Source: Octopus sinensis (lineage: Eukaryota). From it: a DNA stretch of 64,000 nt. A program made the position numbers and the translations under genes. The stretch is taken from contig NC_043002.1 in assembly GCF_006345805.1 (NCBI RefSeq), forward strand, positions 72,106,001-72,170,000, written 5' to 3'. Below the pieces are notes generated by a model that was given only the letters and a program-made list of their open reading frames with translations, did no database searches and was not told the DNA's origin. Below, piece after piece: positions 50,523 through 61,960 of this stretch. How positions within the stretch are numbered: the stretch's first letter is position 1; the number at the start of each line of letters is the position of its first letter.

Positions 50523-52048
50523 GTTTCTTTATTGGCCACACAGGGCTGCACACAGATGGGACAAATTACAAGGTAGAGCTTTTCTTTTGTGGGATGAAAA
50601 AAAACTATAAAAAAATACAAAAAACAAAAGAAATACAAAAAAGTGGCGTAGGTTTTCGATCGAAAGGGATCGTAAAAGGGGAAAAAGAAAAAAAAAGAAC
50701 AGATAAAAAGGAAGAAAGGGAAAATAAAAATAAAAAAGGAAGAAATAAGAGGAAAAAAGGGGGAGAGGAAAAAAAACGATCAATAGGGATCGTGTATCAC
50801 AGTGTCATGATGTACGGTGTAAAGGGGAAAGCAGATAAGGTTTATCCGTGGGAAGAAAAACCTACGAAAAAGACCACGGTAACCTCGGTCAATATTGTTA
50901 TATGTTACCACATTTGTTTGCAAGTGGGTAACCCTCTGTTTTCAATTTTTGGGTTCATAGGATTCAAGGTGGCTTCGTCATTCATACGTACCATCCTTGC
51001 TACGTTCACCCATCTTTTTTTAAAACATTCGCTAGACAAAACTTGCCTCTCTACTCTCACTTTCCTTCTCAAGTGGTACTTGAAGAAGTTGATGAGCGAT
51101 GGACCAGAGAGGAAAGTGTTTGTCTCCAATCCTTTCAGACGCGTCCACCAGATACATTCCTTCGCCATAGCCACAAGGATGATGAAAATAGCTCTTCCTT
51201 CCCGTTTGAAGGAAGGAGGCGTGACAATATTGACGATAGACTCAGCTGATAAACCGACTCGTCCCACACGTAACAGCAGTTGTTCGACATAAGCCCACAG
51301 GTCGGAAATTGTTGGACACTGCACGAGTGCGTGCAGAACGGTTTCGTCGCTCTGACCGCATTTCGGGCAGGTCGGCCCCGTGTTTCTCGAGCCGTGTCTG
51401 TAGAGCTTATCCCGAACGGGTAGCGCTTCTCGGTAGCACTGCCAGGCCAGAGATCTCTGGAAGTTGTCCATGGGCCCTGGCCCGAAAGTCGTCCCGAACA
51501 GGCGGGTCAAGTATTCCTCGTCGTCGTACCTCCCCTCCACTAATCCCCTATAGAATGCTTTGGTTGTGATGGAGTCACTCAAGGTCGACCCAAGACGGCA
51601 GAGTTGCTTGAGAGCAACGCGACACTCGCGGTGCCATTCGCCCTTCCTCGGTCTCTTTTTGATCCACGGCTGCAGTTCGGTCATGGAGACGAGCTGCGGG
51701 AAAGCGTGCCTCACAAACGGCGACCTCACCTGTTCACCATCGTCTACGAAGAGCCTGAGATGTCGCAGTCTCAGCGCGTGTCTGCGCATCATCAACCACG
51801 GCATGCCCAGTCCTCCTTTTAACGGGTGTTGACAGCAAATGGATCGCCTGACCATCGGGACGCATCCTTTCCACAAGAAGCGAAAGAGAATGCGTTCTAG
51901 TTTGGTGATGGTAGGGTCGGGACAAGGCACGACGGTCAGGCGGTAGTAGATGATGGACGCGATGTCCGTGTTCGCCACCTCCGCTCGACCTTTTAGGGAC
52001 AGTTTCCTCTCGGCCCATTGCCGGGCGAGAGTGACCACGCTACTCGTT

Positions 52049-52050
<2 letters not shown>
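50521..52050 (-). mobile_element. 5'-truncated Tx1 LINE, copy 3 (same subfamily as copy 1)
   Basis: Open frame WAERKLSLKGRAEVANT...CPKCGQSDETVLHALVQCP; (TCTA)n on both sides. Confidence 0.95.

Positions 52051-52142
<92 letters not shown>
52051..52142. repeat. (AGAT)n
   Basis: Direct inspection. Confidence 0.97.
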
Positions 52143-52143
<1 letters not shown>

Positions 52144-53129
52144 CTCACTCACTCAACGGCTCATTTCTCATTCACATTTTTCTCCCAAGAGCATAACATT
52201 TTATAATCAGTAGATATTATTTTCAGATAATGATTTCCTACAAAATCAATTATTACCCGAAACAAGTTAACCTATCAGTATGTCCTCACTGGCAGTTGTC
52301 TAAAAAAAATATATATTAGAGAGAACTATTTTTCAACTGCTGATATTCTCTTACTCGGAAATGATTGAAGTATTTGTGCAATAACAATAAATGAAACACG
52401 AGCCATTCTCTCATTTGAAACTTTTATTAATGAAATCAGTAATAATTAATTTACATTGTTATGATCTGTATTAATTTCATTTACTGCATCACTTTACTTG
52501 TTCTGGGTATGTTCGCACCGTTTCGAAAAATTATTTCACGGTATCATTAACTCTCATAAAATACTGTTCAAAGAGGTGGGAAAAGGGGTACTAATTTTTT
52601 TATTATTTTTTTTTTCTTACACTGTTCTTGGTTCCCTCTAGTTTATTGTAGTGATATTGAGGTGACGTCATCAATACGATACTGCTGTTTTCGTTTTTGT
52701 TTTGGTTTTGATATAAAGTGAATGATGGTGTCTGATTCCGCTAGCCTAGTATATGTGCTTGCTATCGTGTTTCAAACTGTTAACTATGGACATGACATTC
52801 TAGAACGGTTGTGTATTATACGAATTTATTAGCATCTACATCATACATATTACCTCTAATTTGCGGGGTAACTTTTTTATTTTTTAATGGAGGAAAGGAT
52901 TGTTCCCATAGCCTTCGAAGCTCTGTCATGACCAGTGAGATCAACGTAGTTAATTTTCCTTTTGAACAGTTACAAACCGACTACTACTACAGCAAACAAA
53001 ATAATGTCGTGAGGGTATTGTATAGGACCAACGTTCATGGGAGGTAGATATATGATCCGTAGAAGTAGGTAGATGAACCAGTTAGAATTTCAAAGATGAA
53101 GAATTGTGGGCCTTTACAATGTTTTGACA

Positions 53130-53434
53130 TTTTCAAGGCCAACCGTGATCTGCTGAAGAGCAATAGCGGCAGTAGTGTGCAGTGCATTCAGTTGTATGCG
53201 AGAAAGCGCGTCTGCCGCTGAGTTGGCCGAACCTTTGATGCGACATATGTCTGTGGTATGCAGGGATATACATTCGAGATGGTGAACTCCTGTGTATGAG
53301 TAGTGATCGGGTTTAGTATTGAACACGCATATAAGTGGTCTGTGTTCTGTAATCCATAGAGAAAATAGAATCTTCTAACATGTATCGAAAATGTTTAGCA
53401 GTCAGGTCTACTGCCAATAATTCCTGCTTGAATG
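53130..53434 (-). mobile_element. Gypsy LTR-retrotransposon pol RNase H fragment (C-terminal part)
   Basis: QELLAV..KHFRYMLE...FNTKPD...HLECISLHTTDICRIKGSANSAADALSR. Confidence 0.8.
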
Positions 53435-53440
53435 AGCTTG

Positions 53441-53578
53441 TGTGGAGATGGCACGAGAGCAGCCAAGTCATAAGTGAAGACTGTCATATCACGATAGCAA
53501 GTTGGAAGAGAAGACGCTATCTAATGATAGTGTCTTCTCTTCCGACTTGCTATCGGCTGCTCTCGTGCCATCTCCACA
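53441..53578 (+). other. Long hairpin: 29-bp stem, TAAT loop, 28-nt bulge, further 24-bp stem
   Basis: GATAGCAAGTTGGAAGAGAAGACGCTATC-TAAT-GATAGTGTCTTCTCTTCCGACTTGCTATC; TGTGGAGATGGCACGAGAGCAGCC / GGCTGCTCTCGTGCCATCTCCACA. Confidence 0.92.
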
Positions 53579-53619
53579 TAGGCTTTCTTCTCTCTTCATT
53601 CATAATGGGTACAATAATT

Positions 53620-53919
53620 CAAAGACACGTTAGCTAGTGATACGTTGCTGGTTCATTCCAAGCCTAGTACTCCCCTTTGTTCATTGCTCGAGGCACCCGA
53701 TGTCGGAGGTGTGCTAGAGCAGTTAGTGAACGTTAAGTGGCATTTGGTAACTGTCGTCTTTCTTCTCCACACGGCTTAAATCCATCGAATCTAATTACAG
53801 GACATTCAGGCAGGAATTATTGGCAGTAGACTGAGTGTTAAACATTTTCGATACATGTTAGAAGATTCTATTTTCTCTATGGATACAGAAGACAGACCAC
53901 TCGTATGCGTGTTCAATAC
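53620..53919 (+). mobile_element. Gypsy RNase H fragment (N-terminal part), opposite orientation
   Basis: LLVHSKPSTPL...VGGVLEQLVN...FFSTRLKSIESNYRTFRQELLAV; 53803-53919 is inverted relative to 53316-53434. Confidence 0.75.
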
Positions 53920-54809
53920 ATGCCCTCAACATGTATTGTCTTTTCTATTTTATTGATCCCTGTAAGACAATGCGTCTTGAGGGTGCGTGGTCCGTAGAAG
54001 CCTCAAGCTGTTGCAGTATTTAGTTCGTATTCAGAAGTGAGACGGTAGACGTTCCAGTATTCACATGTTCTATTTCGAGAATCTACATAAATTTTAATGA
54101 CAAAATTTGATGTAGCCCTTCTAGAATATTCTGTATCTCACCCTTCATTCCTTTGAAGGTTTACTTTTTAAAGTTCTATTAGCCCTTTATCTGTTGCATG
54201 GCAGATATCGTCTTGGTGAGTTTACTCGGCTTGATGAGCTTACAAAGCGAACTTCTTGAAAACAAACCCGTTTCTAAACAAACGCACACGCTCACATTTT
54301 TATTGATAGATATACAGGGTAATTTATGTTCTGGTTGTTCATAACTTATCTTTACACTTTGAAATTTTCAAGAATAAATTAATAATAAGGGTAACTCAGC
54401 AGAGTTGAATGGAAAAACATAGGCAAATAAATATTGTTTTATTTCAAATATCATAATACTTCTACACGGGCTCCATTGGTAGCATTATAATACAATCTAG
54501 ACGATAAATTATGGAGGTTGTAAAGATAATTTATGGACATCCCGAATGTTTGAAATTATTAAAATAATAAAAATAAATATATACAAATTATAAAAATAAT
54601 AAAATAAAAATATACAATATAGTACAGTTTCTACTTTGCGGATTTTCTCCTATCGTGGGCGGGGATGGGTTGGAACGCAGGACCCGGGATAGTCGAGAGA
54701 TTACTGTATATAATTAAGTTTTTCTAAATGTATATAAACATCAGAGTATATATATGCGTATGTATGTGACATTAGCGACAACAGTTAATATTTACGATAA
54801 TTTTTGCAC

Positions 54810-55223
54810 AAGCCTAGAAATTCTAGTTAAGTGGATAGTCGATTACATCGACTCCAATATTCAACTGGTGCCCAGAAAAGATGAAAGAAGACGATCTCAG
54901 GGGAATTTGAAACTGGAACCTAATGAGTCGAAAGGAATAGCGTTAAGCATTTTTGTCCAACGCGCTTACGATTCTGCCAGCTCGCCACCTTATTAAAATT
55001 TACGATATTGGTTTCAAATTTTAAGATTAGGCCAGCAATTTCAGAAGAGGGCTTAAGTTGGTTACATTGTTCCCGGTGCTTAAAATGTTACTTATTTTAT
55101 CGACCACGAAAGGATCAAAGGCAAAGCCGACCTCGGCGGGATTAGAACTCAGAACGTAAAGATGGACGAAATGAGACTAAGCGTTTTGCTCAGCGCGCTG
55201 ACGATTCTACCGGCTCGCCGTCT
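54810..55223 (-). mobile_element. Two adjacent old family D SINEs
   Basis: Heads at ~54990 and ~55222; TTAAAATTTACGAT(A/G)TTG repeats on both sides of the second copy (TSD-like). Confidence 0.7.
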
Positions 55224-55684
55224 AATTAAAATTTACGATGTTGATAAACAAATGGAAAATATTCTACAGAAATACTATTTTACCGTCTTCTTTGTCCACA
55301 CAAAGGCAATATTAAATGCTAATGTTTTAGGATAATCGTTGATAAAGAAACTTCGTCTATATTCCTGGACATATTTATAAAATTCAAAATTTATTAAATG
55401 AATGCAGGTAAAAGAAAATCACGGTAATAAAGTCACAGGAAAAAGAAGTTACAGGGGTTTTGTCCGGAGCGGGGTTGTTCGAGAACTTTTGTGACTTTTT
55501 TTCCGGTGACTTTATTGCCAGCCACCACAAATTAATTGTAACTTTTTTCTGTGACTTTTTTCCAAGCCAAAATTGTGACTTTATTATTGTGACTTATTTT
55601 CCTGTAACTTTATTACCAGTCACATAATACATAAGTATGTAACAAATGTATATACATTCACACATACGCACAGAAATATATACG

Positions 55685-55689
<5 letters not shown>

Positions 55690-55727
<38 letters not shown>

Positions 55728-55849
55728 TATTATATATATATACATACATATATATATGTATGTATATATATATATACATATATATATGTAACCAATGTAT
55801 ATATACATACATATATATATGTATATATATATACATATATATATGTATA

Positions 55850-55887
<38 letters not shown>

Positions 55888-55888
55888 C

Positions 55889-55926
<38 letters not shown>

Positions 55927-56016
55927 ATACACATATATATATACATATATATATATACATATATATATTATATACATATATATATATATATATATATACA
56001 TATATATTATATATAT

Positions 56017-56060
<44 letters not shown>
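55690..56060. repeat. (TA)n-rich tract
   Basis: Direct inspection. Confidence 0.95.
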
Positions 56061-56063
<3 letters not shown>

Positions 56064-56064
56064 C

Positions 56065-56280
56065 TGTGTGTGTCTGTGTTTGTCCTCCACCACCTCTTGA
56101 CAACCGATGTTGATCTATTTGGTATGTTTACGTCCTCGTAATCCTTCTGGTTCGGCAAAACAGACCGATAGAATATGTACCAGGTTTAAACAAATAAGCA
56201 CCGATGTCGATTAATTCGACTAAAAATTCTTGGAAGCAGTGCCCCAGCATGGTCGCATCTCATGACCGAAACTAGTAAGT
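56065..56280 (+). mobile_element. SINE family A 3' half
   Basis: CTTGACAACCGATGTTG...GGTTCGGCAAAACAGACCGATAGAAT...GTGCCCCAGCATGGTCGCA. Confidence 0.7.
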
Positions 56281-57466
56281 GATATGTTTTAGTCTTCAAA
56301 TATAAATACATCCAATTACAGAAGATTAATTACGTTCTATGTTATGTTGTGAATGAGATACAATTATCAATACTTTTTTACGTAGAATTTTAGCGTGTAT
56401 TCTCTATGCTTTATTTTTGAAATGTAACGCCCCCAGTTTTGTCTGGTGACACATCAAGGGCCACGGGTGCATTGATTGGGAGATACTTAACTAGATGTTC
56501 GATTTACGGTTGTTATGACCGGCTGCTCTATTGTTTACAATGACGAGTTTTCCGGTCGATGCGTTCGACGGAACAACCGGCTCGTGAAATTAACATGCAA
56601 GTGGCAATGTTCAGCTGGTACTTATTTTATCAACCCGGAAAGGAAAAAAGTGATGTCGATATAGTAAAATATATACTTTAGCCTACAAATATAAATACTA
56701 TCAGCTACAGAAAATTAATAATGTTCTATGTTATGTAACGAATGAAATATAATTATCAATCCTCTATCGTTTACGATGACGAGTATTCCATCGATCGATG
56801 GAACAACTGGCTTGTGAAATTAACGTACAAGTTGCTGAGTATTCCGCAGAGACGCCCGCCCTTAACGCTGTTCCCATGGAGATTAAGCATGATACACTCG
56901 CTTGAACATATAGAAACAGCAGCTAAATCTACTTTCAGTCAAACAGTCAAATCTACTTTCAGATCACAGTCTTGAAATAAAAGAACGTCACACTAGATAA
57001 CAGTTCTGGAGGTATAAAAGGACTGGAAGATTAAGGCTGGAGCCTATCTGATCACAGATTTATTCGATCGGGACTGATCTGGGTATAAACATTAACAACA
57101 ACAATGATACAAAGTAATGAGAATTGATAATCCAGTTAAATTTGTGAATTATGCAACTATTCTTCAACCTTGCCCCATTGTGCATTCATATAAATTATAT
57201 TAAATCGTTTCAGAAGTAATGTACTGGGTGTTGCAATTAAATAAGAATACTCGCCGCATTTAATAATATGATGAATACTATTCTTTCCATTGTAATAATT
57301 GTCGTAGCTGAATGAATCAATGTCGCTCTAAGTAGAAATAAGCGTTATATTAATATTTCCTTGACTGAATAACATGACCACAGATCATAATTGTGGTTGT
57401 CGGTTAGACAGTTCGCGTTACAGAGAAATATTTCATTGAATTCAACAGAAGTAATAAACGTAATAA

Positions 57467-57670
57467 GGCGGCGAGCTGGTAGAATCGTTAGCATGTCTAA
57501 CTAAAATAATTAACGGCATTTCTTCTACTGCTTTACGTTCGGAGTTCAAATCCCACCAGGGTCAACTTTACCTTTCTACCTTTTGAGCTCGATAAAATAA
57601 AGTACCCGACTGGGATCGATTTCTTTAGTTAAACTCTTTAAGGTGGTACAGCAAGTCCAATGTCGGTAAC
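57467..57670 (+). mobile_element. Old family D SINE
   Basis: GGCGGCGAGCTGGTAGAATCGTTAGCA...TTACGTTCGGAGTTCAAATCCC. Confidence 0.75.
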
Positions 57671-57696
57671 AAGTAGAAGCTATGAGAAAAAAATTA

Positions 57697-58934
57697 CATG
57701 GTGTTCGGGCTACGTTTGGCAGTTTGCATAAAAGCAAAGGAAAATATAATATCCGATCCAAAAATAAAAATATTAGAAATGAAAAATATCAACTAGCTTA
57801 TGGCTGGACGATAATAGTTTACTCAAATAGCCGCCCTCGACTTCCACCACGGCCTCAAGACAACTCCGGAATCTGGTGCATGCGTTCCTCACTGTGTTCC
57901 TGGGAAGATCGAACAACTCTTTGATCTTGGCCACCAGCTCGGCCTTGGTGTTATAGGCGTAACGATTGGTGTCAGTCTCAACTGCGTCCCACACACAAGT
58001 AATTCATGGGATTACAATAGATCCTGAAATTGGCCTGGTGAGTCTTAGAAATTATCCTACACAGATTCTGACTCTTTCAGGAAGTATGTCAAGGTGCTGA
58101 ATCCCGTTCCAATACATATGGCCTTCCAGCAGCAAGCCGCTCCAGCCATCTGAATTGAGCCTAAGACCCTGTTCAAAGATGCGGGGCAGCATGACGTCAC
58201 CCTTACTGGAGGCGTACAAAGACCATGAGAGTTTCGATGAACTTGGTTTTCATGATACGTGGAACACCACATGGATTGTTGGCAGCAACATGTTGTCCTC
58301 AGTGTCGTTCAACGGATCCTGTCAGAAGTTCTTTCCATTTGAGAAGAACCAGATTATCTTCGGTTCAGCCTCAGTTCCTCAGTTTGTGCAGGAACTTTTT
58401 GCCTTCGTCTTGTGGTTCTGTTTGGCCTTGGCTGTCCGAATTTTCCCTTGCACCTTTTGTACCAGTGGTAACGAAGAGTTGTTCGAAGATCTCCCCAGGG
58501 ACACAGTGAGGAACGCATGCACCAGATTCCGGAGTTGTCTTGAGGCCGTGGTGGAAGCCGAGGGCGGCTATTTGAGTAAACTATTATCGTCCAGTCATAA
58601 GCTAGTTGATATTTTTCATTTCTAATATTTTTATTTTTGGATCGGATAAGGTCAGCTTCATGCTAGTATCTCCAATACCCATTTCTCTGGCCAAAACTTT
58701 GAATCCTTGTACTGTGGATGAATTCCGGCATACGGACGGAGTCAGAACGCCTATTATATCTCTTCCTGCTGACCACGGCTTCGTAGTCTCCATTGTAGCT
58801 GTTCATGTCACGTCTTTACAGTGTTCACAAAACGCCTGAGCAGCAGTTGTGGTGTCAGCATGTTGATACCCGGTGCGAATCATCATAATACAGATAACTT
58901 TTTTCCAATATTCAGATGTCTTCCCATCCTCCAT
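57697..58934 (-). mobile_element. Decayed maT-like Tc1/mariner element with an internal inverted copy of its own 3' end
   Basis: TA+CATGGTGTTCGGGCTA terminus at 57697; MEDGKTSEYWKK...MIRTG, LAREMG, WFFSN, VWDAVE, ACTRFRSCLEAVVEAEGGY; 58474-58648 is the reverse complement of 57749-57920. Confidence 0.85.
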
Positions 58935-59430
58935 ATCAGTTAACTTTTTCTCAACAACAACTTTAATCTTTCTGCTCTCCAACGCCGTTGACCCTTCATC
59001 AATACAGCAAATTGTTCCTGAAAAAAAAAGGAGACATAAAAATTCGTCATACTTATCCTGAAAACTCTGTAAACTTAAATTTAGTGGGACTCTAACAAAT
59101 TGTTTGTCTGATCGATTGTACAGGTTACATGCCGCACAATTCTCTTCAATACCGAGATTTGTGAGGATTAGATTATCGATTCAGAAGAAATGAAAATAAT
59201 GTGCAATCAAGCACAAAGTGTTTTGTACTCATTTTGTGATATCTGAATATTTACACCATAAAACAACAAATATTGATGTCGTAAAAGATCAATATTTCTA
59301 CTGTAAAACATCTAATGCCCCTGTCTACTTTTCATACCGTCGCCTATACCCTCTATCACTAATAAGCTCTAACAAGAGACTTTTCGGAAACAAGCGCACT
59401 CGATTTAACTAGTCTCATTATCAGGACATT

Positions 59431-59860
59431 GAATGCGGTGAATTGGCAGAACCATTAGCGCGCCAGATAATATACTTAGCGGTATTTCTTTCGGTTCTAT
59501 GCTCTAAGTTCAAATTCTGCCGAGGTTTACTTTGACTTACATCTTTCCGTTGATCGATAAAACAAGTATCTGTTGATCACTGGGGTTGATGTAACTCCTC
59601 GCTCTAGATTTCAGGCCATGTACCTATAAAAGAAAGGATTATAAGGACATAGAAGGCGATGAGCTGGTAAAATTGGCAGCGCACCGGACAATATGCTTGG
59701 CGGCATTACTTTCGGTTTCACGTTGTGAGTTCGAATTCCGCCGAGCTCTACTTTTCCTTTCATCGTTTCGGAGTCGAAAAAATAAGTACCTGTTAATCAC
59801 TGGGGTTGATGTAGCCCCTCGCCCAAAATTTTAGGCTCTATACCTATAGTAGACCGAAAT
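59431..59860 (+). mobile_element. Two tandem old family D SINEs
   Basis: Heads at ~59435 and ~59655 with a shared shortened tail. Confidence 0.7.
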
Positions 59861-61015
59861 ATAAAGACATGAATATTTACAAATTAACGAAGCGTGTGTT
59901 AATTGTACAGTAACTTTTTTCTCTGCTTATAGTCATACACTGTTGAACTCCGTTTATTACACATTATCTGTTTAGAGCTGTTGAAGAAAAAAAAATAATG
60001 CATACGTTTAATGTAATATAAAATATATACATTAAATTTCATAATCCTTTGAATGACTTAGTCATAAGCAAAATTTGAAAGGCAAATATCGTTTTGTGAG
60101 CCATGTAATTTTCCTAGAATGTTATGTACGTCTCCATTTCTTCTCTTTCTTTTTTTTCATCTAACAGCGACTCTAACACTGAATGACTATAATCACCAAG
60201 TTTTATCCCCCTGCTTTCACAATGGATAGTATTTCATTGTCTTTGAATAAACAAAAAAAAAGAATACCCTCTTTATTCTTTAATCTTTTTAGATTGTCTT
60301 CGGATGAGAAAAATGAAAAAACTCAAACAATATGACAGTAAAAACTTCTTCTTCACAACTGTATTATCTATTTACGATAACTAAAGCAACACATTCATTC
60401 GCTATCGCTTCTTAAGTCAGTAAATAGTGGAAAGGGGTATTAATTCATTGCTAATAATGTTCTTTGAAATCATTCTGAAAATATCTATGAAGCTAAAGTT
60501 CAAAGCAATTTTGCTTTGATTCTTTCCTTTGTAGCTTCTCTTTGGCTTTGTTTTCCTTTTCTTTTTCCTTTTTTCTTTCTTTTTTTATTCTTCTGATTTT
60601 GGCGAAGAACATTTCTTATCTCTTTACTATGATGAACTTAGGAAACTTTTTAACTTCCGAAACCTGATAACTATTTTAAGTGTTTACGTCGCCATCTTTA
60701 AAGATTACTTTTTTTTTTCGTTGTACCTGTTGTCATTTGTTTCCTGTCTTGCCTTTCTTCCTCTTCATTTAAATTCTTTTTTTTTTATTTTACAATGAGT
60801 AAAGTCGTTGATAATGCAGTGTTGTCGTTAATTTTTATGTCCAAATGTTTGGATGGAGCTTCATTGTTGCTACGACTAACATCATCATCATCATTCTTAT
60901 CTTCAACGACGACGTAATCATACACATCACCAGTACAAAAATAGCAGCGTCGCCACCATCACTTCCATCATCATCTTCGTCATCATTATCGCTATCTTGG
61001 TTGCCATCATTGGTA

Positions 61016-61016
61016 A

Positions 61017-61082
<66 letters not shown>
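61016..61082. repeat. (AAT)n
   Basis: Direct inspection. Confidence 0.97.
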
Positions 61083-61086
<4 letters not shown>

Positions 61087-61891
61087 GCAAAAGAAATAGA
61101 CAAAGAAAAATCCCAGCAATGGTTGAGGAGCTCATGACTCAAAGCAGAGACGGAGGGATTTTTAATTCCAGCACACGACCAAAGCCTCCTCACCAGAAAT
61201 TACCAAAAACATATAATGAAAAGAAACATAACAAGTATCTGCAGAATATGTGGAGATGGACAAGAAACAATAAATCATATTATCTCTGGCTGCCCAGACG
61301 GAATATATTCACAGACACGACAGAGTTGGGACCTACATACACTGGAAGCTATGCCAAAATTATGGAATAACAACAGAAAAAATATGGTATAGGCACATAC
61401 CAGAAAAGGTCACAGAAAACGAGAAAGCAACCATACTCTGGGATATGCCAATACACACATATAGAGAAATTAAGGCTAATAGGCCAGATATAGTTGTCAG
61501 AGATCATGAAGGAAAAAATGCTTTCTAATTGATGTATCAATACCAGCAGATGACAACGTTTATCTAAAAGAAATAGAGAAACTTTCAAAATACAAAGACC
61601 TGGAAATAGAGGAAACTCGAATGTGGAATCTAAAAACAGAAACAATTCCTATCATAGCAGGCGCATTAGGTATGATAAAAAAACATTCAGACGAATACAT
61701 AACAAAAACACCAGGACTTACAAACACATATAACGTACAGAATATTGCACTACTGGGCACTGCACACATCCTACGCAAAACACTTTCAATACAGTAACAA
61801 TCAGAGTATCACAACAAATCACAGCACAAACCCAAAGCACACAGAGCTACGCTCGGTAGTGAAGTGAAAGCACGCTATAAAAATAAAACTA

Positions 61892-61894
<3 letters not shown>
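61083..61894 (+). mobile_element. 5'-truncated R4/Dong LINE (zinc knuckle + restriction-like endonuclease + 3' UTR)
   Basis: CRICGDGQETINHIISGCP, RHDRVG, NRPDIVVRD, LIDVSIP, KYKDLEIE; (AAT)n on both sides. Confidence 0.92.

Positions 61895-61960
<66 letters not shown>
61895..61960. repeat. (AAT)n spacer between Dong copies
   Basis: Direct inspection. Confidence 0.97.

Noticed and set aside
52615-52735. Possible minus-strand exon ending at GTAAG
   Set aside because: Weak acceptor and an unrecognisable low-complexity peptide.
58880-59020. Strong minus-strand acceptor (TTTTTTTTTCAG at 59018) followed by an open frame
   Set aside because: It runs into the maT transposase start with no good donor; probably the element's 5' UTR or chance.
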